In this document: piece by piece, positions 1 to 11,284 of the stretch | Layout of the letters: the number at the start of each line of letters is the position of its first letter | How positions within the stretch are numbered: the stretch's first letter is position 1 | Assembly: GCA_947478395.1 (NCBI GenBank) | Contig: CANJVR010000002.1 | Coordinates: 96,001-160,000, forward strand | DNA: 64,000 bases | Reading direction: 5' to 3' | DNA from: Opitutia bacterium | GTDB taxonomy: Bacteria; Verrucomicrobiota; Verrucomicrobiia; Opitutales; Opitutaceae | Made by a program: the position numbers and the translations under genes | Notes under the pieces: generated by a model | What the model was told of the DNA's origin: nothing | Database searches by the model: none | Seen by the model: the letters and a program-made list of their open reading frames with translations, nothing else

Positions 1-26
1 CTCCGACAGGTCGGATTGCTGAAACG

Positions 27-165
27 CTAGGGCGGTTGAAGCAAAACCGTAGCCGCTCACGACGTGGCGGCAGGCGTCCCTGCCGGCCGAAACTAGGACG
101 CCGAAACCGGCAGGCGGAGACGCCGGCCGCTACACTAACGGGGACGGAAAAACTTAAACCACTCC
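27..165. mobile_element. Degenerate copy of the MITE/REP family 1 element
   Basis: ctagggcggt...cgacgtggcggcaggcgtccctgcc...gccgctacactaacgggacggaaaaactt aligns with 33116-33255. Confidence 0.7.
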
Positions 166-174
166 CGGCCTCGC

Positions 175-1482
175 TCAACCGCCGGAACCCGTGCCGTTGC
201 CGCCGCCGCGCGCGGCCTGATCGATCTTAACCACGAGCGTGGATTTCTTGAGATATTCAGGATCGATCTCGAGACCCATGCCGGGCGCGGTGGGTACTTG
301 GAGTTTGCCGTCGGTGATTTGGAAATCGGGTTTGTACCACGTGGGCGTCTGCTGCGGCGCGCGCCAGGGATACTCCATATAGGGAGCCGCGTTTTTGGTG
401 CAGGACGCGAATTGGACGATGTTCACTGACGTCGCACCGGTCTGCGTGTTGTGCGGAACGATGGTGCGGCCCATTTGCTCCGCGATGCGGGCGACGCGCT
501 TCGCCCGGATGAGGCCGCCGTTGTAATTGATATCGGGTTGGACGATGGCCATGACGCCGTTCGCCAGCATCCAATGGAATTGCCAGAGGCTGTAGTTTTG
601 TTCGCCGAAGGCGACGGGGATGCGCAAGGCCTTCGCGACCGCCTGCGTCTCGGACAACTCCTCGAAGGGGCACGGCTCCTCGAAGAAGTCGTAGTTCAAT
701 TCCTCCATGAGCTTTCCGATGCGGATGCCGTTGGGGACATCGTACGAACCGTTGGCATCGGCGCGAAGGATAATTTTGTCGCCGAGTTTTTCACGCGCGC
801 GCTTGAGCAGGGTTTCGGTGCGGCCCGGGTAGGTGTCGAGATTGCGGCTCATCCGTCCGCCGATTTTGAATTTAACGGCTTTCGCGCCTGTGGCCGGGAC
901 GCCGCGTTCGTACACGGCCACTTCTTCCTCGGCCGAAAGGATGCGATCGGAGCCGGAGAGATATACCGGAATTTCTTTGCGGATAACGCCGCCGAGCAGG
1001 GCACCAACCGGCTTGTTCGCGATTTTTCCGAGCAGATCGAGAATGCTTTGCTCGGCGTAGGCGACTGGCGCCCAAAACGGAATACCGGCGAGTTTGTAGT
1101 TTTCGCGATAGACGACGTCGATGAGCGTCTCGATCTCGCGGGCATCTTTGCCGATGAAATGAGGCGCGACCAAGTGCTGGAAAATCGCCACGAAATCCTC
1201 GACCTGTTTCGTGCCGGTGATGCCTACCGCGCCGTCTTTCGAGCGCGTACGGACGAAGAAGTTGTTTCCGTTTTTCAGCATCTCCATCGACTCGATGATG
1301 ACCGGTGTGCTGATCTGCCCGGGCAAATTGAACATTGGCTGCTCCCAATCGCGGATCAACGGCTGCAAGTCGGACGCCGGCTTGGCGCCCGCGGGAGCAA
1401 CCGCCGCAAAGGAACGGGAGAACGAGGCCGCGAGAGCAGCGCTCCCAGTATATTTTAACCAGTTACGACGAGTGAGGGACAT
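175..1482 (-). CDS. Mandelate racemase/muconate lactonizing enzyme (enolase superfamily) with Tat signal peptide
   Basis: KFKIG (KxK), DANGSY, FFEEP, FGEQ and IVQPD motifs; N-terminal TRRNWLK twin-arginine followed by AxA. Confidence 0.85.
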   Translation of the reverse strand: MSLTRRNWLKYTGSAALAASFSRSFAAVAPAGAKPASDLQPLIRDWEQPMFNLPGQISTPVIIESMEMLKNGNNFFVRTRSKDGAVGITGTKQVEDFVAIFQHLVAPHFIGKDAREIETLIDVVYRENYKLAGIPFWAPVAYAEQSILDLLGKIANKPVGALLGGVIRKEIPVYLSGSDRILSAEEEVAVYERGVPATGAKAVKFKIGGRMSRNLDTYPGRTETLLKRAREKLGDKIILRADANGSYDVPNGIRIGKLMEELNYDFFEEPCPFEELSETQAVAKALRIPVAFGEQNYSLWQFHWMLANGVMAIVQPDINYNGGLIRAKRVARIAEQMGRTIVPHNTQTGATSVNIVQFASCTKNAAPYMEYPWRAPQQTPTWYKPDFQITDGKLQVPTAPGMGLEIDPEYLKKSTLVVKIDQAARGGGNGTGSGG

Positions 1483-1675
1483 GGGGGGGGTGGTGGGTTT
1501 AAGAGTTTCGGCTTAATCAGACGATTCAGCTGCGCCGGCTTTTAGCGAGCCTTAGACGGATCTGCGGTGTGACGACGGGTAGCGCTCGTATCGACAGGTC
1601 GGACACGGTCATGCGCAAATCGAAGAACACGTTCGCGGCCGAGAGAGGGTTGCGGCGAACAACCTGACTTGGCCG

Positions 1676-2659
1676 TCAGATTTCGGTGAGCCGCACGCAG
1701 GCGACTTCGCGGGTCGGGCCATCCGCGACGAGCGGGGGCACCGCAAGTTTGCATTTTTCCTGCGCGTAGAGGCAACGGGGGTGAAACGCGCAGCCAGCCG
1801 GCGGGTTGATGGGCGACGGAGGATCGCCGGCCAGGACGATGCGCTGGCGGGTCCGCTCGATTTCGGGATCGGGCACCGGAATCGCGCTCACGAGGGCGCG
1901 GGTGTACGGATGCCGCGGGCGGTCGATGACATCGGCGGCCGGCCCGAACTCGACGATTTTCCCGAGGTACATCACGGCTACGCGGTCCGAGATGTGTTTC
2001 ACTACCGAGAGATCGTGCGCGATGAAGATCAGCGTGAGGTTCATCTTGCGCGTGAGGTGCGCGAGGAGATTCAGGATTTGCGCCTGAATCGAAACATCGA
2101 GGGCGGAAACGGGCTCGTCCGCGACGATCACCTTGGGCTCGAGCGCAAGCGCCCGGGCGATGGCGATGCGCTGGCGTTGTCCGCCGGAAAATTCATGCGG
2201 ATATTTTTGCATGAACCGCGGGGCGAGTCCGACGAGCCGCATGAGTTCGGCCACGCGCGCCGGAATTTCTGCGGTCGGGCAAACGTGGTGCACCGCCAGC
2301 GGCTCAGCGAGCGTGGCGAAAACGGTCATGCGCGGATTGAGCGACGCGTAGGGATCTTGAAAAACCATCTGCAGGTCGCGGCGGGCCGCGAGGAGTTCGC
2401 GGGCGGAACTCGTGGCGAGGTTGCGGCCGTTGAGCACGACCGTGCCGCCGGTGGTTGGCACAAGTTGAAGGATGGTGCGCGCGAGCGTGGATTTGCCGCA
2501 CCCGGATTCGCCGACCAAACCGAGCACCTCGCCGCGACGAAGGCTGAGACTCACGCCGTCGACCGCCTTGACGGTGCCGACGTTACGCTTGAACAGAAAT
2601 CCCTGTTGGATGGGGAAGTGGGTTTTGACGTCGGTGAGCTGGAGAATGGGGTCGGACAT
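1676..2659 (-). CDS. oppF: Oligopeptide/dipeptide ABC transporter ATP-binding protein (OppF/DppF-like)
   Basis: GESGCGKS Walker [29 protein letters not shown]-terminal [17 protein letters not shown]. Confidence 0.9.
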   Translation of the reverse strand: MSDPILQLTDVKTHFPIQQGFLFKRNVGTVKAVDGVSLSLRRGEVLGLVGESGCGKSTLARTILQLVPTTGGTVVLNGRNLATSSARELLAARRDLQMVFQDPYASLNPRMTVFATLAEPLAVHHVCPTAEIPARVAELMRLVGLAPRFMQKYPHEFSGGQRQRIAIARALALEPKVIVADEPVSALDVSIQAQILNLLAHLTRKMNLTLIFIAHDLSVVKHISDRVAVMYLGKIVEFGPAADVIDRPRHPYTRALVSAIPVPDPEIERTRQRIVLAGDPPSPINPPAGCAFHPRCLYAQEKCKLAVPPLVADGPTREVACVRLTEI

Positions 2660-2673
2660 TGTTTTGAAAGGCA

Positions 2674-2754
2674 GGAACGCTAATCTTCGCTGCTAAACGC
2701 TAGTTTCAGGAATGATCGGAAAGATGAGCGGCGAGCAGTGAAGATTAGCGTTCC
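2674..2754. repeat. 21-bp inverted repeat between oppD and oppF
   Basis: ggaacgctaatcttcgctgct (2674-2694) versus agcagtgaagattagcgttcc (2734-2754), 20/21 complementary. Confidence 0.8.
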
Positions 2755-2759
2755 AAGGT

Positions 2760-3734
<975 letters not shown>

Positions 3735-3768
3735 GTGCGGAATTGGAGGTACGGGGAAAACGAAAGGC

Positions 3769-5676
3769 TTAGCTTGCCGGGCCAATTGGCAAGTCGCGGA
3801 CCGCCGCGGCCACGGTCTCCGGAGAAACCTCGCTGAGCGGCGCGCCGCCTGTGGCGGGACAGCCCGGAGGTTGGAGCAGGGTGAAAGGCGTGGAAAAAAA
3901 CGGACCGGTACGAATGGGATTGGTGGGACCGAAGAGCGCGACGAGGGGTACGCCGAGGGCGTTGGCGAGGTGCATTCCGCCCGTGTCGTTGGTGACAAGC
4001 AGGCGGCACGTTCTCAGCCGGGCCGCATAGGAAACGAGGTCGGTGCGGCCGGCGAGGTTTTCCACGCGTCCGGCCTCGTGCCCGGCGGCGATCGCGGTAG
4101 TCAGCGGCTGGTCGTTCGCGGTGCCGAATAGTACAAAGCGTTCGCGGGGAAAGGCGTCGATCAGCGCGCGCCAGTGGGCGACGGGCCAACGTTTTTCCGG
4201 ATTATTTTCCGACCCGGCGATCAGCCCGATCGGCGCCGTGGATGGCGCCCGCGACTCGAGGACGGGAAAGAGCGGCCTGCGATCCAGCGGAGTACTGAGC
4301 CCGAAGTGGCGCAGCATGCCTTCCCAGATTTCAATTTGGTGATGCGTGCGCTCGTCGAAAGCCGAAGGCAGCGCAAAGACGTGGCTGAGTAACGGCCGGG
4401 ATTTTCCCGGACGGCGCACGCCGAAGCGTTGCGGTGTGCGCGTCAGCCACGCCTCCATGTCGCCCCGGCTGGAGTTAGTTAGGAGCAGGTAAACATCGGG
4501 GTAGGCGTGGCGCTGCCGCCAAAAATGAAAAAAATAACCTAAACCGCGCGCCGGGATCGGATGCAGAACGTCGGCGACGCTCCACGCTTCCAGCAGCGGA
4601 AGAAACGCCGGTTTCGCGACGAGCGTGATTTCCAGATCGGGCCGACCCGCGCGCAACGCGCGGAAGAGGGGAAGGGCCATGACCACGTCACCGAGCCAGT
4701 TGGGCATTCTAATCCACAGTCGCGTCCGGCGCGGCGGCGCAGCGAGGCCGCGCGCGGCGAGATCGGGTGCGAGCAAATCGCGTTTGGTCTCCAGGCGAAA
4801 ACGTTTCGACGGCAGGTCTTGGTGCCGCCAGCGGTCGTGCGACCAGAGCCAGGACGCGCTGAGATTTTCGTTTTCACGGAGTAGACCTTCCAGCCAGCGG
4901 TTCAACGCGAGGGTGACTCCGGTCGTGGTGGCGTCATGGGCGATCGGCGTCGCCCCGATTTCTATCCGCCAAAATGCGGTGCGCAGCGGGAAGATTCCGT
5001 AAACGCGCGCGTTGAACTTTTCCGCCATCAGGCCGGGCAACTCGGTTGTCGAACACACCCGATCAAAGAGCGTGGTTAAAGCGCCCTGCATGCCCGCGTT
5101 TTGGTCGAAGAGCAGCCCAACGAAGCCTTGGCGGCGGAGAATTTTCAACGCCTCGGCGAAGCCCTCTTTGCGCGAAAGCAGCTTCATGCCGAATCGCTCG
5201 CGCGAGCGAACGACGAACGCGTTGGCGGCGGGATTGTCCAGCGGGCGGAAAACGATGCCGAATTCCGGAAACGGCGCCGGGACGACGAGCGGCATCGCGG
5301 TCTGTACTTCCCAATAGGCAATGTGCGGCGAACAAATCAGCGTGGCGGCGGGGTCGGTGCGCTGTCGGGCCAAGGCTTCCAGCAGCGCGGGGGACGCGGC
5401 GACAATCGTGCGCAGACGGTGCTCGCTGAGGTAAGGCGTCGCGAGGGAAAGCAGCCCTGTCTCGATCAGGCGCTGAAAGGAGCGGCGTGCGATGGTGCGG
5501 TGCCAATCGCGGGATTTTTCGGGAAACGCGTGATGGAGATTGGCCAGCGCGAGCCGCCGACGGCGCGGGACCAACGCGAAAATCGTGGCGCCGGTCAGAT
5601 TCGCGATACCCCGCAGCAGGAGCTCAGGCGTGTGGGCGATGAGCCAGCCGAGGATTTTGATGAACAGAAGAAGCAC
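3769..5676 (-). CDS. Fusion of lipid A late acyltransferase (LpxL/HtrB-like) and GT9 heptosyltransferase (WaaF-like)
   Basis: N-half: HIAYWE (HX4E), RPLDNP, LLFDQ, WLWSHDRW; C-half: RMPNWLGDVVMALP, KRWP, TNDTGGMHLA, LFGPT. Confidence 0.85.
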   Translation of the reverse strand: MLLLFIKILGWLIAHTPELLLRGIANLTGATIFALVPRRRRLALANLHHAFPEKSRDWHRTIARRSFQRLIETGLLSLATPYLSEHRLRTIVAASPALLEALARQRTDPAATLICSPHIAYWEVQTAMPLVVPAPFPEFGIVFRPLDNPAANAFVVRSRERFGMKLLSRKEGFAEALKILRRQGFVGLLFDQNAGMQGALTTLFDRVCSTTELPGLMAEKFNARVYGIFPLRTAFWRIEIGATPIAHDATTTGVTLALNRWLEGLLRENENLSASWLWSHDRWRHQDLPSKRFRLETKRDLLAPDLAARGLAAPPRRTRLWIRMPNWLGDVVMALPLFRALRAGRPDLEITLVAKPAFLPLLEAWSVADVLHPIPARGLGYFFHFWRQRHAYPDVYLLLTNSSRGDMEAWLTRTPQRFGVRRPGKSRPLLSHVFALPSAFDERTHHQIEIWEGMLRHFGLSTPLDRRPLFPVLESRAPSTAPIGLIAGSENNPEKRWPVAHWRALIDAFPRERFVLFGTANDQPLTTAIAAGHEAGRVENLAGRTDLVSYAARLRTCRLLVTNDTGGMHLANALGVPLVALFGPTNPIRTGPFFSTPFTLLQPPGCPATGGAPLSEVSPETVAAAVRDLPIGPAS

Positions 5677-5771
5677 GCGCGGGATTTGGCTTTGATTTTC
5701 CGGAGAAAAGCCATGAAACGTAACGCTCGCGCGGTTAAAAGCAGATTCTCCGTCGGCCCGCCGCGTTTTTC

Positions 5772-6731
5772 ATGACCGAACTCCTCATTATCAAGCCCTC
5801 TTCGCTGGGGGATATCGTGCACGGCCTGCAGGTCGCCACGTCGCTGAAGGCGCAATGCGAGGACCTGCGGATTTCGTGGATTGTGCGGGATGTGTTCGCG
5901 CCGCTGGTGCGCGCGTGCACCGCGGTTGACCAGACTTATCTGTTTGAACGCGGAGGCGGCGCGAAGTCGTTTTTGAAGCTGATGCGGGAGGTGCGGAAGA
6001 CCAAATTCGATTACGTTTTCGATCTGCAGGGATTATTGCGTACCGGGCTCATGACGTCGCGGACGCTGGCTAAACACAAAGTCGGCCGGACCGATGCGCG
6101 CGAAATGGCCGGCGTTTTCTATCAACAAAAGGTACCGCTTCCTCCCGATGGCCGGCGCAGTCACGCGCTCGATATTCTGCTGCAATTCTGTCCCGTGCTG
6201 GGCGCGAAAGCCGAACTGCGCGGCTCGTTGAAGTTCCGCGAAGTGGAAAGCCTTAACCTGAAATTCGTCGATGGCCGCAGCGGCGCGAAACCAATCCTGA
6301 TGTTTCCCGATAGCCGGCGCGCGGAGAAACGCTGGGGCGGATTTAAGCAGTTTACCGAGATTTTGCTGCGGGAGGATCGCTCGCGAAAGGTCGTCTGGGC
6401 GGGTAATAATTATCTGCCGGATCGCAGCGCGTTTCCGCCCTCGCAGTTTTTGAACCTGACGGGCAACACCAGTCTCGTGTCGCTGCCGGCGTTGATCCGG
6501 CGCGCGGAGTGGGTGATCACCAACGATAGCGGTCCGATGCATTTGGCGGCGGCGCTGGGGATGCGGACGTTTGGCATTTTCGGTCCGACGGACCCGCGCC
6601 TGTTTGGTCCCTATCCGCTGAACGCCCCGTCCAATTTCGTGGTGCAAGCGCCGGTGGGTGATTTGAAATTGCTGCCGGCCAAAGAAGTCTACGCTCGTTT
6701 TCAGCGCGCGCGGGCTCGTTTCGAAAAATAA
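5772..6731 (+). CDS. Glycosyltransferase family 9 (heptosyltransferase, WaaC-like)
   Basis: IKPSSLGDIVH, DLQGLLRT, TNDSGPMHLAAA, FGPTDP. Confidence 0.85.
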   Translation: MTELLIIKPSSLGDIVHGLQVATSLKAQCEDLRISWIVRDVFAPLVRACTAVDQTYLFERGGGAKSFLKLMREVRKTKFDYVFDLQGLLRTGLMTSRTLAKHKVGRTDAREMAGVFYQQKVPLPPDGRRSHALDILLQFCPVLGAKAELRGSLKFREVESLNLKFVDGRSGAKPILMFPDSRRAEKRWGGFKQFTEILLREDRSRKVVWAGNNYLPDRSAFPPSQFLNLTGNTSLVSLPALIRRAEWVITNDSGPMHLAAALGMRTFGIFGPTDPRLFGPYPLNAPSNFVVQAPVGDLKLLPAKEVYARFQRARARFEK

Positions 6732-6749
6732 GTTCAGTCCTTTTTTCTC

Positions 6750-8018
6750 ATGCTCGATCCCAAGCTCATCCGCGAAACGCCCGATCTCGTTCGGGCGGCG
6801 CTCGCCAAGAAACATCTCACGGTCGATCTCGACGCGGTCCTCGCGACCGATGCTGCTTGGCGCGCGCAGATGCAGGAGGTCGAGCTTCTGCGTTCGACGC
6901 AGAAGGCCGCGAACACGGCGATGGCCGCGTTGCCGAAAGGCACTCCTGAGTTCATCGCGAAGGTTCAGGAAATGAAGGCCGTCTCGGCCCAGGTGAAAGA
7001 GCGCGAAGTGCATCTGAAAGAGACCGAGGAAAAATTTCGCACGGCGATGCTCTCACTCCCGAACCTGCCGCACGCGAGCGTGCCGGAGGGCCGCACGCCG
7101 GAGGAAAATGTGGTCTTCGCTTCGCACGGAGCGCACGACGAACCGCGGCCGCATGCTCTGCCGCACTGGGAAATTCCGGGCTTTGACCGGCTGTTCGATT
7201 TCGCGCGCGGGGCGAAGGTGACGGGCGCAGGGTTTCCTTTCTACGTCGGCGACGGCGCACGCATCGTGCGGGCGCTGCTCCATTTCTTTTTAGATGAAAA
7301 TGCCAAGGCCGGATACGTCGAGGTCGCGCCGCCGATCTTCGTCAACGCCGCCAGCGCCACGGCGACCGGGCAATTGCCGGACAAGGAGGGCCAAATGTAC
7401 GAGACGGCCGACCCGCTCTACGCCGTCCCGACCGCCGAAGTGCCGCTCACGAATTTTTTCCGCGACGAGATCATCGATGAGGCTGCGTTACCAATTTACC
7501 GCTGTGCGTACACCCCTTGTTTCCGACGTGAGGCGGGCAGCTATGGTAAGGATGTGCGCGGGTTAAACCGTTTGCATCAGTTCGACAAGGTGGAGCTCTT
7601 GAAATGGGTGCATCCCGCCACGAGCTACGATGAGCTCGACCGGCTGCGCCTCGACGCGGAGAGCCTGCTCAAAAAATTGGAATTGCCGTACCGCGTGCTC
7701 CTCATGTGCGGTGGCGATCTCGGGTTCGCTCAGTCGAAGAAATACGATCTGGAAGTGTGGTCCGCCGGACAAAAGCGTTGGTTGGAAGTGTCGAGTTGCT
7801 CAAACTTTGAAGCCTTTCAAGCCCGCCGGGCTCAGATCCGCTTTCGCTCGAAGGAAAGCGGCAAGCCTGAGCTCGTGCATACCATCAACGGCTCAGGCTT
7901 GGCGGTGCCGCGGGTGCTGGCGGCGTTGTTGGAAAATAATTTGCAGCCGGACGGTCGCGTCAAAATTCCGGCCGCGTTGCTGCCGTATTTTGGGCGGGAG
8001 TTTTTAAGTTTCACATGA
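6750..8018 (+). CDS. serS: Serine--tRNA ligase
   Basis: MLDPKLIR, PTAEVPL, CFRREAGS, HQFDKVEL, EVSSCSN, NGSGLA. Confidence 0.97.
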   Translation: MLDPKLIRETPDLVRAALAKKHLTVDLDAVLATDAAWRAQMQEVELLRSTQKAANTAMAALPKGTPEFIAKVQEMKAVSAQVKEREVHLKETEEKFRTAMLSLPNLPHASVPEGRTPEENVVFASHGAHDEPRPHALPHWEIPGFDRLFDFARGAKVTGAGFPFYVGDGARIVRALLHFFLDENAKAGYVEVAPPIFVNAASATATGQLPDKEGQMYETADPLYAVPTAEVPLTNFFRDEIIDEAALPIYRCAYTPCFRREAGSYGKDVRGLNRLHQFDKVELLKWVHPATSYDELDRLRLDAESLLKKLELPYRVLLMCGGDLGFAQSKKYDLEVWSAGQKRWLEVSSCSNFEAFQARRAQIRFRSKESGKPELVHTINGSGLAVPRVLAALLENNLQPDGRVKIPAALLPYFGREFLSFT

Positions 8019-8049
8019 GTGCTTTTTGGGAGCGCGGGCGTCGCGCCCG

Positions 8050-9078
8050 ATGCCGGTGAAAGCCGCGCTCCCCGCCGCCGCATCGCAACTGGCCCGAGCC
8101 TTGCCGCGGGCCCGACTGCATCCGCGGGTTTTGCAGTGGGCGGAAAAAACATCGCCGCGCGCAATCTGGTGCGTCGCGTTTTCCGGTGGCGCGGATTCCC
8201 TCGCGTTGCTGCTGCTTCTCTGGGCGCACTGGCCGGAGCGCCGCGGCCGTCTCCGCGCCCTGCACTTTAATCATCGGCTCCGGGGCGTCGCCTCGCGCGC
8301 TGATGCCGCGTTTTGTCGCCGGGTCTGTGCGTCCCTCGGCGTGGAGCTGATTGAAGGTGCATGGAAAGAGGCGCGCAAAAACGCGAGTGAGGCCGAGGCC
8401 CGTTCGGCCCGCTTGAAGTTTTTTGAGCGCCATAGCCGCCTTTTGTGGCTGGGCCATCAGCAGGACGACATCGCAGAGACGATGTTGATGCGCCTGGCCC
8501 GGGGCAGCGGATCAAGCGGCCTGGGCGCGCCGCGCCCGGTTCAACGAATGCAGGGCGGGCGAACGCACCTGCGGCCTCTCCTCACGCTCAAGAAAAAGGA
8601 ACTCATCGCAGCGTTGCGCGCGGCGGGCATCGCCTGGCGGGAAGACGCGAGCAACCAGGGAGATGATTTTTTTCGGAATCGGTTGCGCCACTCGGTGCTG
8701 CCGGCTTGGGCGCAGGCGGCGGGCCGCGATGCGTTGGCCGGCGCCGCCTTGGCGCGGGAATTGTTGGAAGAGGACGACGACGCGCTGGAACACTGGCTGG
8801 AAACGATCGCGCCGCTCGGCTCGGATGGGGTGTTGGACTTGCGTAAACTGACGGGAATGCCCCGCGGTTTGATTCGTCGGGCGCTTCATCGCTGGCTCGC
8901 GGCGCAAAAGGGAAAGCACATCGGCGAGCTGTCGCGTCAGGGTTTCGAACGGCTCCTCGAAGCCGTGATCGAAGCGCGCGCGACGCGCCAGAGCTTGGGT
9001 GCACGCGCTTTCGCGGTCATTCAACGGGGACAATTGCGCGTGGAGCGAGCGGCGCGTTCGCTGGAAATAACGGCGTAG
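8050..9078 (+). CDS. tilS: tRNA(Ile)-lysidine synthetase
   Basis: SGGADS PP-loop, HQQDDIAET, RPLL, RNRLR; tilS-ftsH synteny; start approximate. Confidence 0.92.
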   Translation: MPVKAALPAAASQLARALPRARLHPRVLQWAEKTSPRAIWCVAFSGGADSLALLLLLWAHWPERRGRLRALHFNHRLRGVASRADAAFCRRVCASLGVELIEGAWKEARKNASEAEARSARLKFFERHSRLLWLGHQQDDIAETMLMRLARGSGSSGLGAPRPVQRMQGGRTHLRPLLTLKKKELIAALRAAGIAWREDASNQGDDFFRNRLRHSVLPAWAQAAGRDALAGAALARELLEEDDDALEHWLETIAPLGSDGVLDLRKLTGMPRGLIRRALHRWLAAQKGKHIGELSRQGFERLLEAVIEARATRQSLGARAFAVIQRGQLRVERAARSLEITA

Positions 9079-9146
9079 TTTTCATCGGCCGGCCAATTGA
9101 CTTCGCGCAGCGGAACATCCACGTTCCTGCAACCGTCCATATCTAA

Positions 9147-11162
9147 ATGCCCGACTCCGACATCAAGAAGCCCCGTCGTTCGCTCAAGAATTTGCCCCCT
9201 GATCGCCCGAAGGTCCTTTTCATCTGGCTCGCCATTGTTGCCGTGGCCGCCGCTTTGCTGGTGTGGTCGCCGCGGATTACCGAGACGCCGGCCATCGTCA
9301 GTATCCAAGAAGTGGTGGAGCTGGCCGAGAACGGTCAGATCAAGGACGGGACGGGCATTATTCGGCCCGATGCCGCGAATGGTCGCGATTACGTTTTAAT
9401 CACGGGTGAAACCAAAGAGGCCGTGCTAAAAAACGAACGCGGCGCCAAGACGACGTTCTTCCACGCCGCGGGCCGGCTCATCGACGCCAACATGGCGTTG
9501 CTGCAAAAATCGAAGAAATTCGCGGAGCCACCGGCGAACACGTTGTTCAGCAGCATTGCACAGCAGGTCGTGCCGTTTCTTCTGATTATTGGCCTGCTTT
9601 ATTTTCTGTTTGTACGCCAGTTGCGCCAAGCCGGGCGCGGCGCTCTAAGCTTCGGCAAAAGTCGCGCGAAGCTGCTGACGCGTGATCGCGATAAGATCAC
9701 CTTTGCCGACGTGGCTGGTTGCGATGAGGCCAAAGAAGAAGTGAGCGAGGTTGTCGAATTCCTGAAGGATCCAAAAAAATTCACCAAGATGGGCGGCAAG
9801 ATTCCGCGTGGTATTCTCATGGTCGGCGCGCCGGGCACGGGTAAAACCCTGCTGGCAAAAGCCGTGGCAGGAGAAGCCGATGTCCCGTTCTTCAGCATCT
9901 CCGGCTCCGATTTCGTCGAGATGTTTGTCGGCGTCGGCGCGAGTCGAGTCCGCGATATGTTCGAGCAGGGCCGCAAAAGTGCGCCGTGTCTGATCTTCAT
10001 TGACGAGATCGATGCCGTGGGTCGCCAACGCGGCGCTGGTGTCGGTGGCGGTAACGACGAACGTGAGCAGACGCTCAACTCGCTGCTCGTTGAAATGGAC
10101 GGGTTCGACACGACTGAAGGTGTGATCATCATCGCGGCGACGAATCGTCCTGATGTCCTCGACAGCGCCTTGCTGCGCCCAGGCCGCTTCGACCGCCAAG
10201 TTTACGTTGATCTTCCGGACCTCGTGGGCCGCGAACAGATTCTACGCGTTCACGCCAAGAAGATCAATCTGGCCGACGGCGTCGATCTCTCGGTCATCGC
10301 GCGTGGGACACCTGGGTTGTCCGGTGCCGAGCTAGCTAATTTATTGAATGAATCCGCGCTGCTCGCCGCGCGCCGCAACAAGAAAAAAGTCGAAATGATC
10401 GACGTCGACGACGCGCGCGAGAAAGTGCAGTTCGGCCGCGAGCGTCGCCGCCTGATGGATGACGACGAGAAAAAGTTGACCGCCTATCATGAAGCGGGCC
10501 ACGCGCTGGTGACCGGTGTACTCGACGATGGGTATTTGCCGGTGCATAAAGTCACCATCATCCCGCGCGGCCGGAGCTTGGGCAGTACGATGTACATCCC
10601 AAAGAAGGATGTGCTCACGCAGGAGAAGAAGAAGCTTGAGATCAGGATCGCGACGGGTTGCGCCGGTCGCATCGCCGAGGAAATTGTGCTCAACGACATT
10701 TCCAATGGAGCCTCGGGCGACATCGTGATGGTCACGAAAATTGCACGTCACATGGTGTGCGATTGGGGTATGAGCTCACTGGGCATGGTCGCTTACGGCG
10801 AAAGCTCTGACACGGTGTTTCTCGGCCGAGAAATCACGCGGAATCAGGCGTATTCCGAGGAAACGGCGCGCAAAATTGATGCGGAAGTTTATCGCATCGT
10901 GGACGAGCAGTACAAGCGGGCCAAAGAGATTGTCCTCCAACATCGTGACGCGCTCGACAAGATCGCCGCGGCGTTGTTGGAACACGAAACCCTTGAAGGC
11001 AGGCATGTGCTCGAGATTATTCAGCACGGTGAGATGCGTTCACCGGTGGTTGCACCAACTCTGGCCAAACCCGCCGACAAAGCCGCGGACCGCAAAGCTG
11101 AGAAATCGGCGGAGCCGGACCACGTCCCGCCGGGCGGCGCAGCGGCGCCTAATCCCGCTTAA
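9147..11162 (+). CDS. ftsH: ATP-dependent zinc metalloprotease FtsH
   Basis: Two TM segments, [30 protein letters not shown]. Confidence 0.97.
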   Translation: MPDSDIKKPRRSLKNLPPDRPKVLFIWLAIVAVAAALLVWSPRITETPAIVSIQEVVELAENGQIKDGTGIIRPDAANGRDYVLITGETKEAVLKNERGAKTTFFHAAGRLIDANMALLQKSKKFAEPPANTLFSSIAQQVVPFLLIIGLLYFLFVRQLRQAGRGALSFGKSRAKLLTRDRDKITFADVAGCDEAKEEVSEVVEFLKDPKKFTKMGGKIPRGILMVGAPGTGKTLLAKAVAGEADVPFFSISGSDFVEMFVGVGASRVRDMFEQGRKSAPCLIFIDEIDAVGRQRGAGVGGGNDEREQTLNSLLVEMDGFDTTEGVIIIAATNRPDVLDSALLRPGRFDRQVYVDLPDLVGREQILRVHAKKINLADGVDLSVIARGTPGLSGAELANLLNESALLAARRNKKKVEMIDVDDAREKVQFGRERRRLMDDDEKKLTAYHEAGHALVTGVLDDGYLPVHKVTIIPRGRSLGSTMYIPKKDVLTQEKKKLEIRIATGCAGRIAEEIVLNDISNGASGDIVMVTKIARHMVCDWGMSSLGMVAYGESSDTVFLGREITRNQAYSEETARKIDAEVYRIVDEQYKRAKEIVLQHRDALDKIAAALLEHETLEGRHVLEIIQHGEMRSPVVAPTLAKPADKAADRKAEKSAEPDHVPPGGAAAPNPA

Positions 11163-11180
11163 AGCGGATTTCACCAGCAG

Positions 11181-11208
11181 AGCGCGGTTTTGAAACCGCG
11201 CTTTTTTT
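11181..11208 (+). terminator. Intrinsic terminator after ftsH
   Basis: agcgcggttt..aaaccgcgct stem followed by T-run. Confidence 0.8.
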
Positions 11209-11284
11209 GCGATCTTTACTTACCGGCTGAACTTCATTCTTGGATTTCGCGGCCTCGCGGAGCACCGTGAGGATCTCAATCTCT

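Noticed and set aside
2..1602. Shared cgacaggtcgga 12-mer near positions 4 and 1592 as cassette ends around the enolase-family gene
   Set aside because: Too short, one copy is at the window edge, and there is no other sign of mobility
3735..3998. Long N-terminal extensions in the ORF track (oppD, alr, DUF1501, trmD, clpP, trpD, pepF)
   Set aside because: They overlap neighbouring genes, terminators or repeats, and family homology begins at downstream starts
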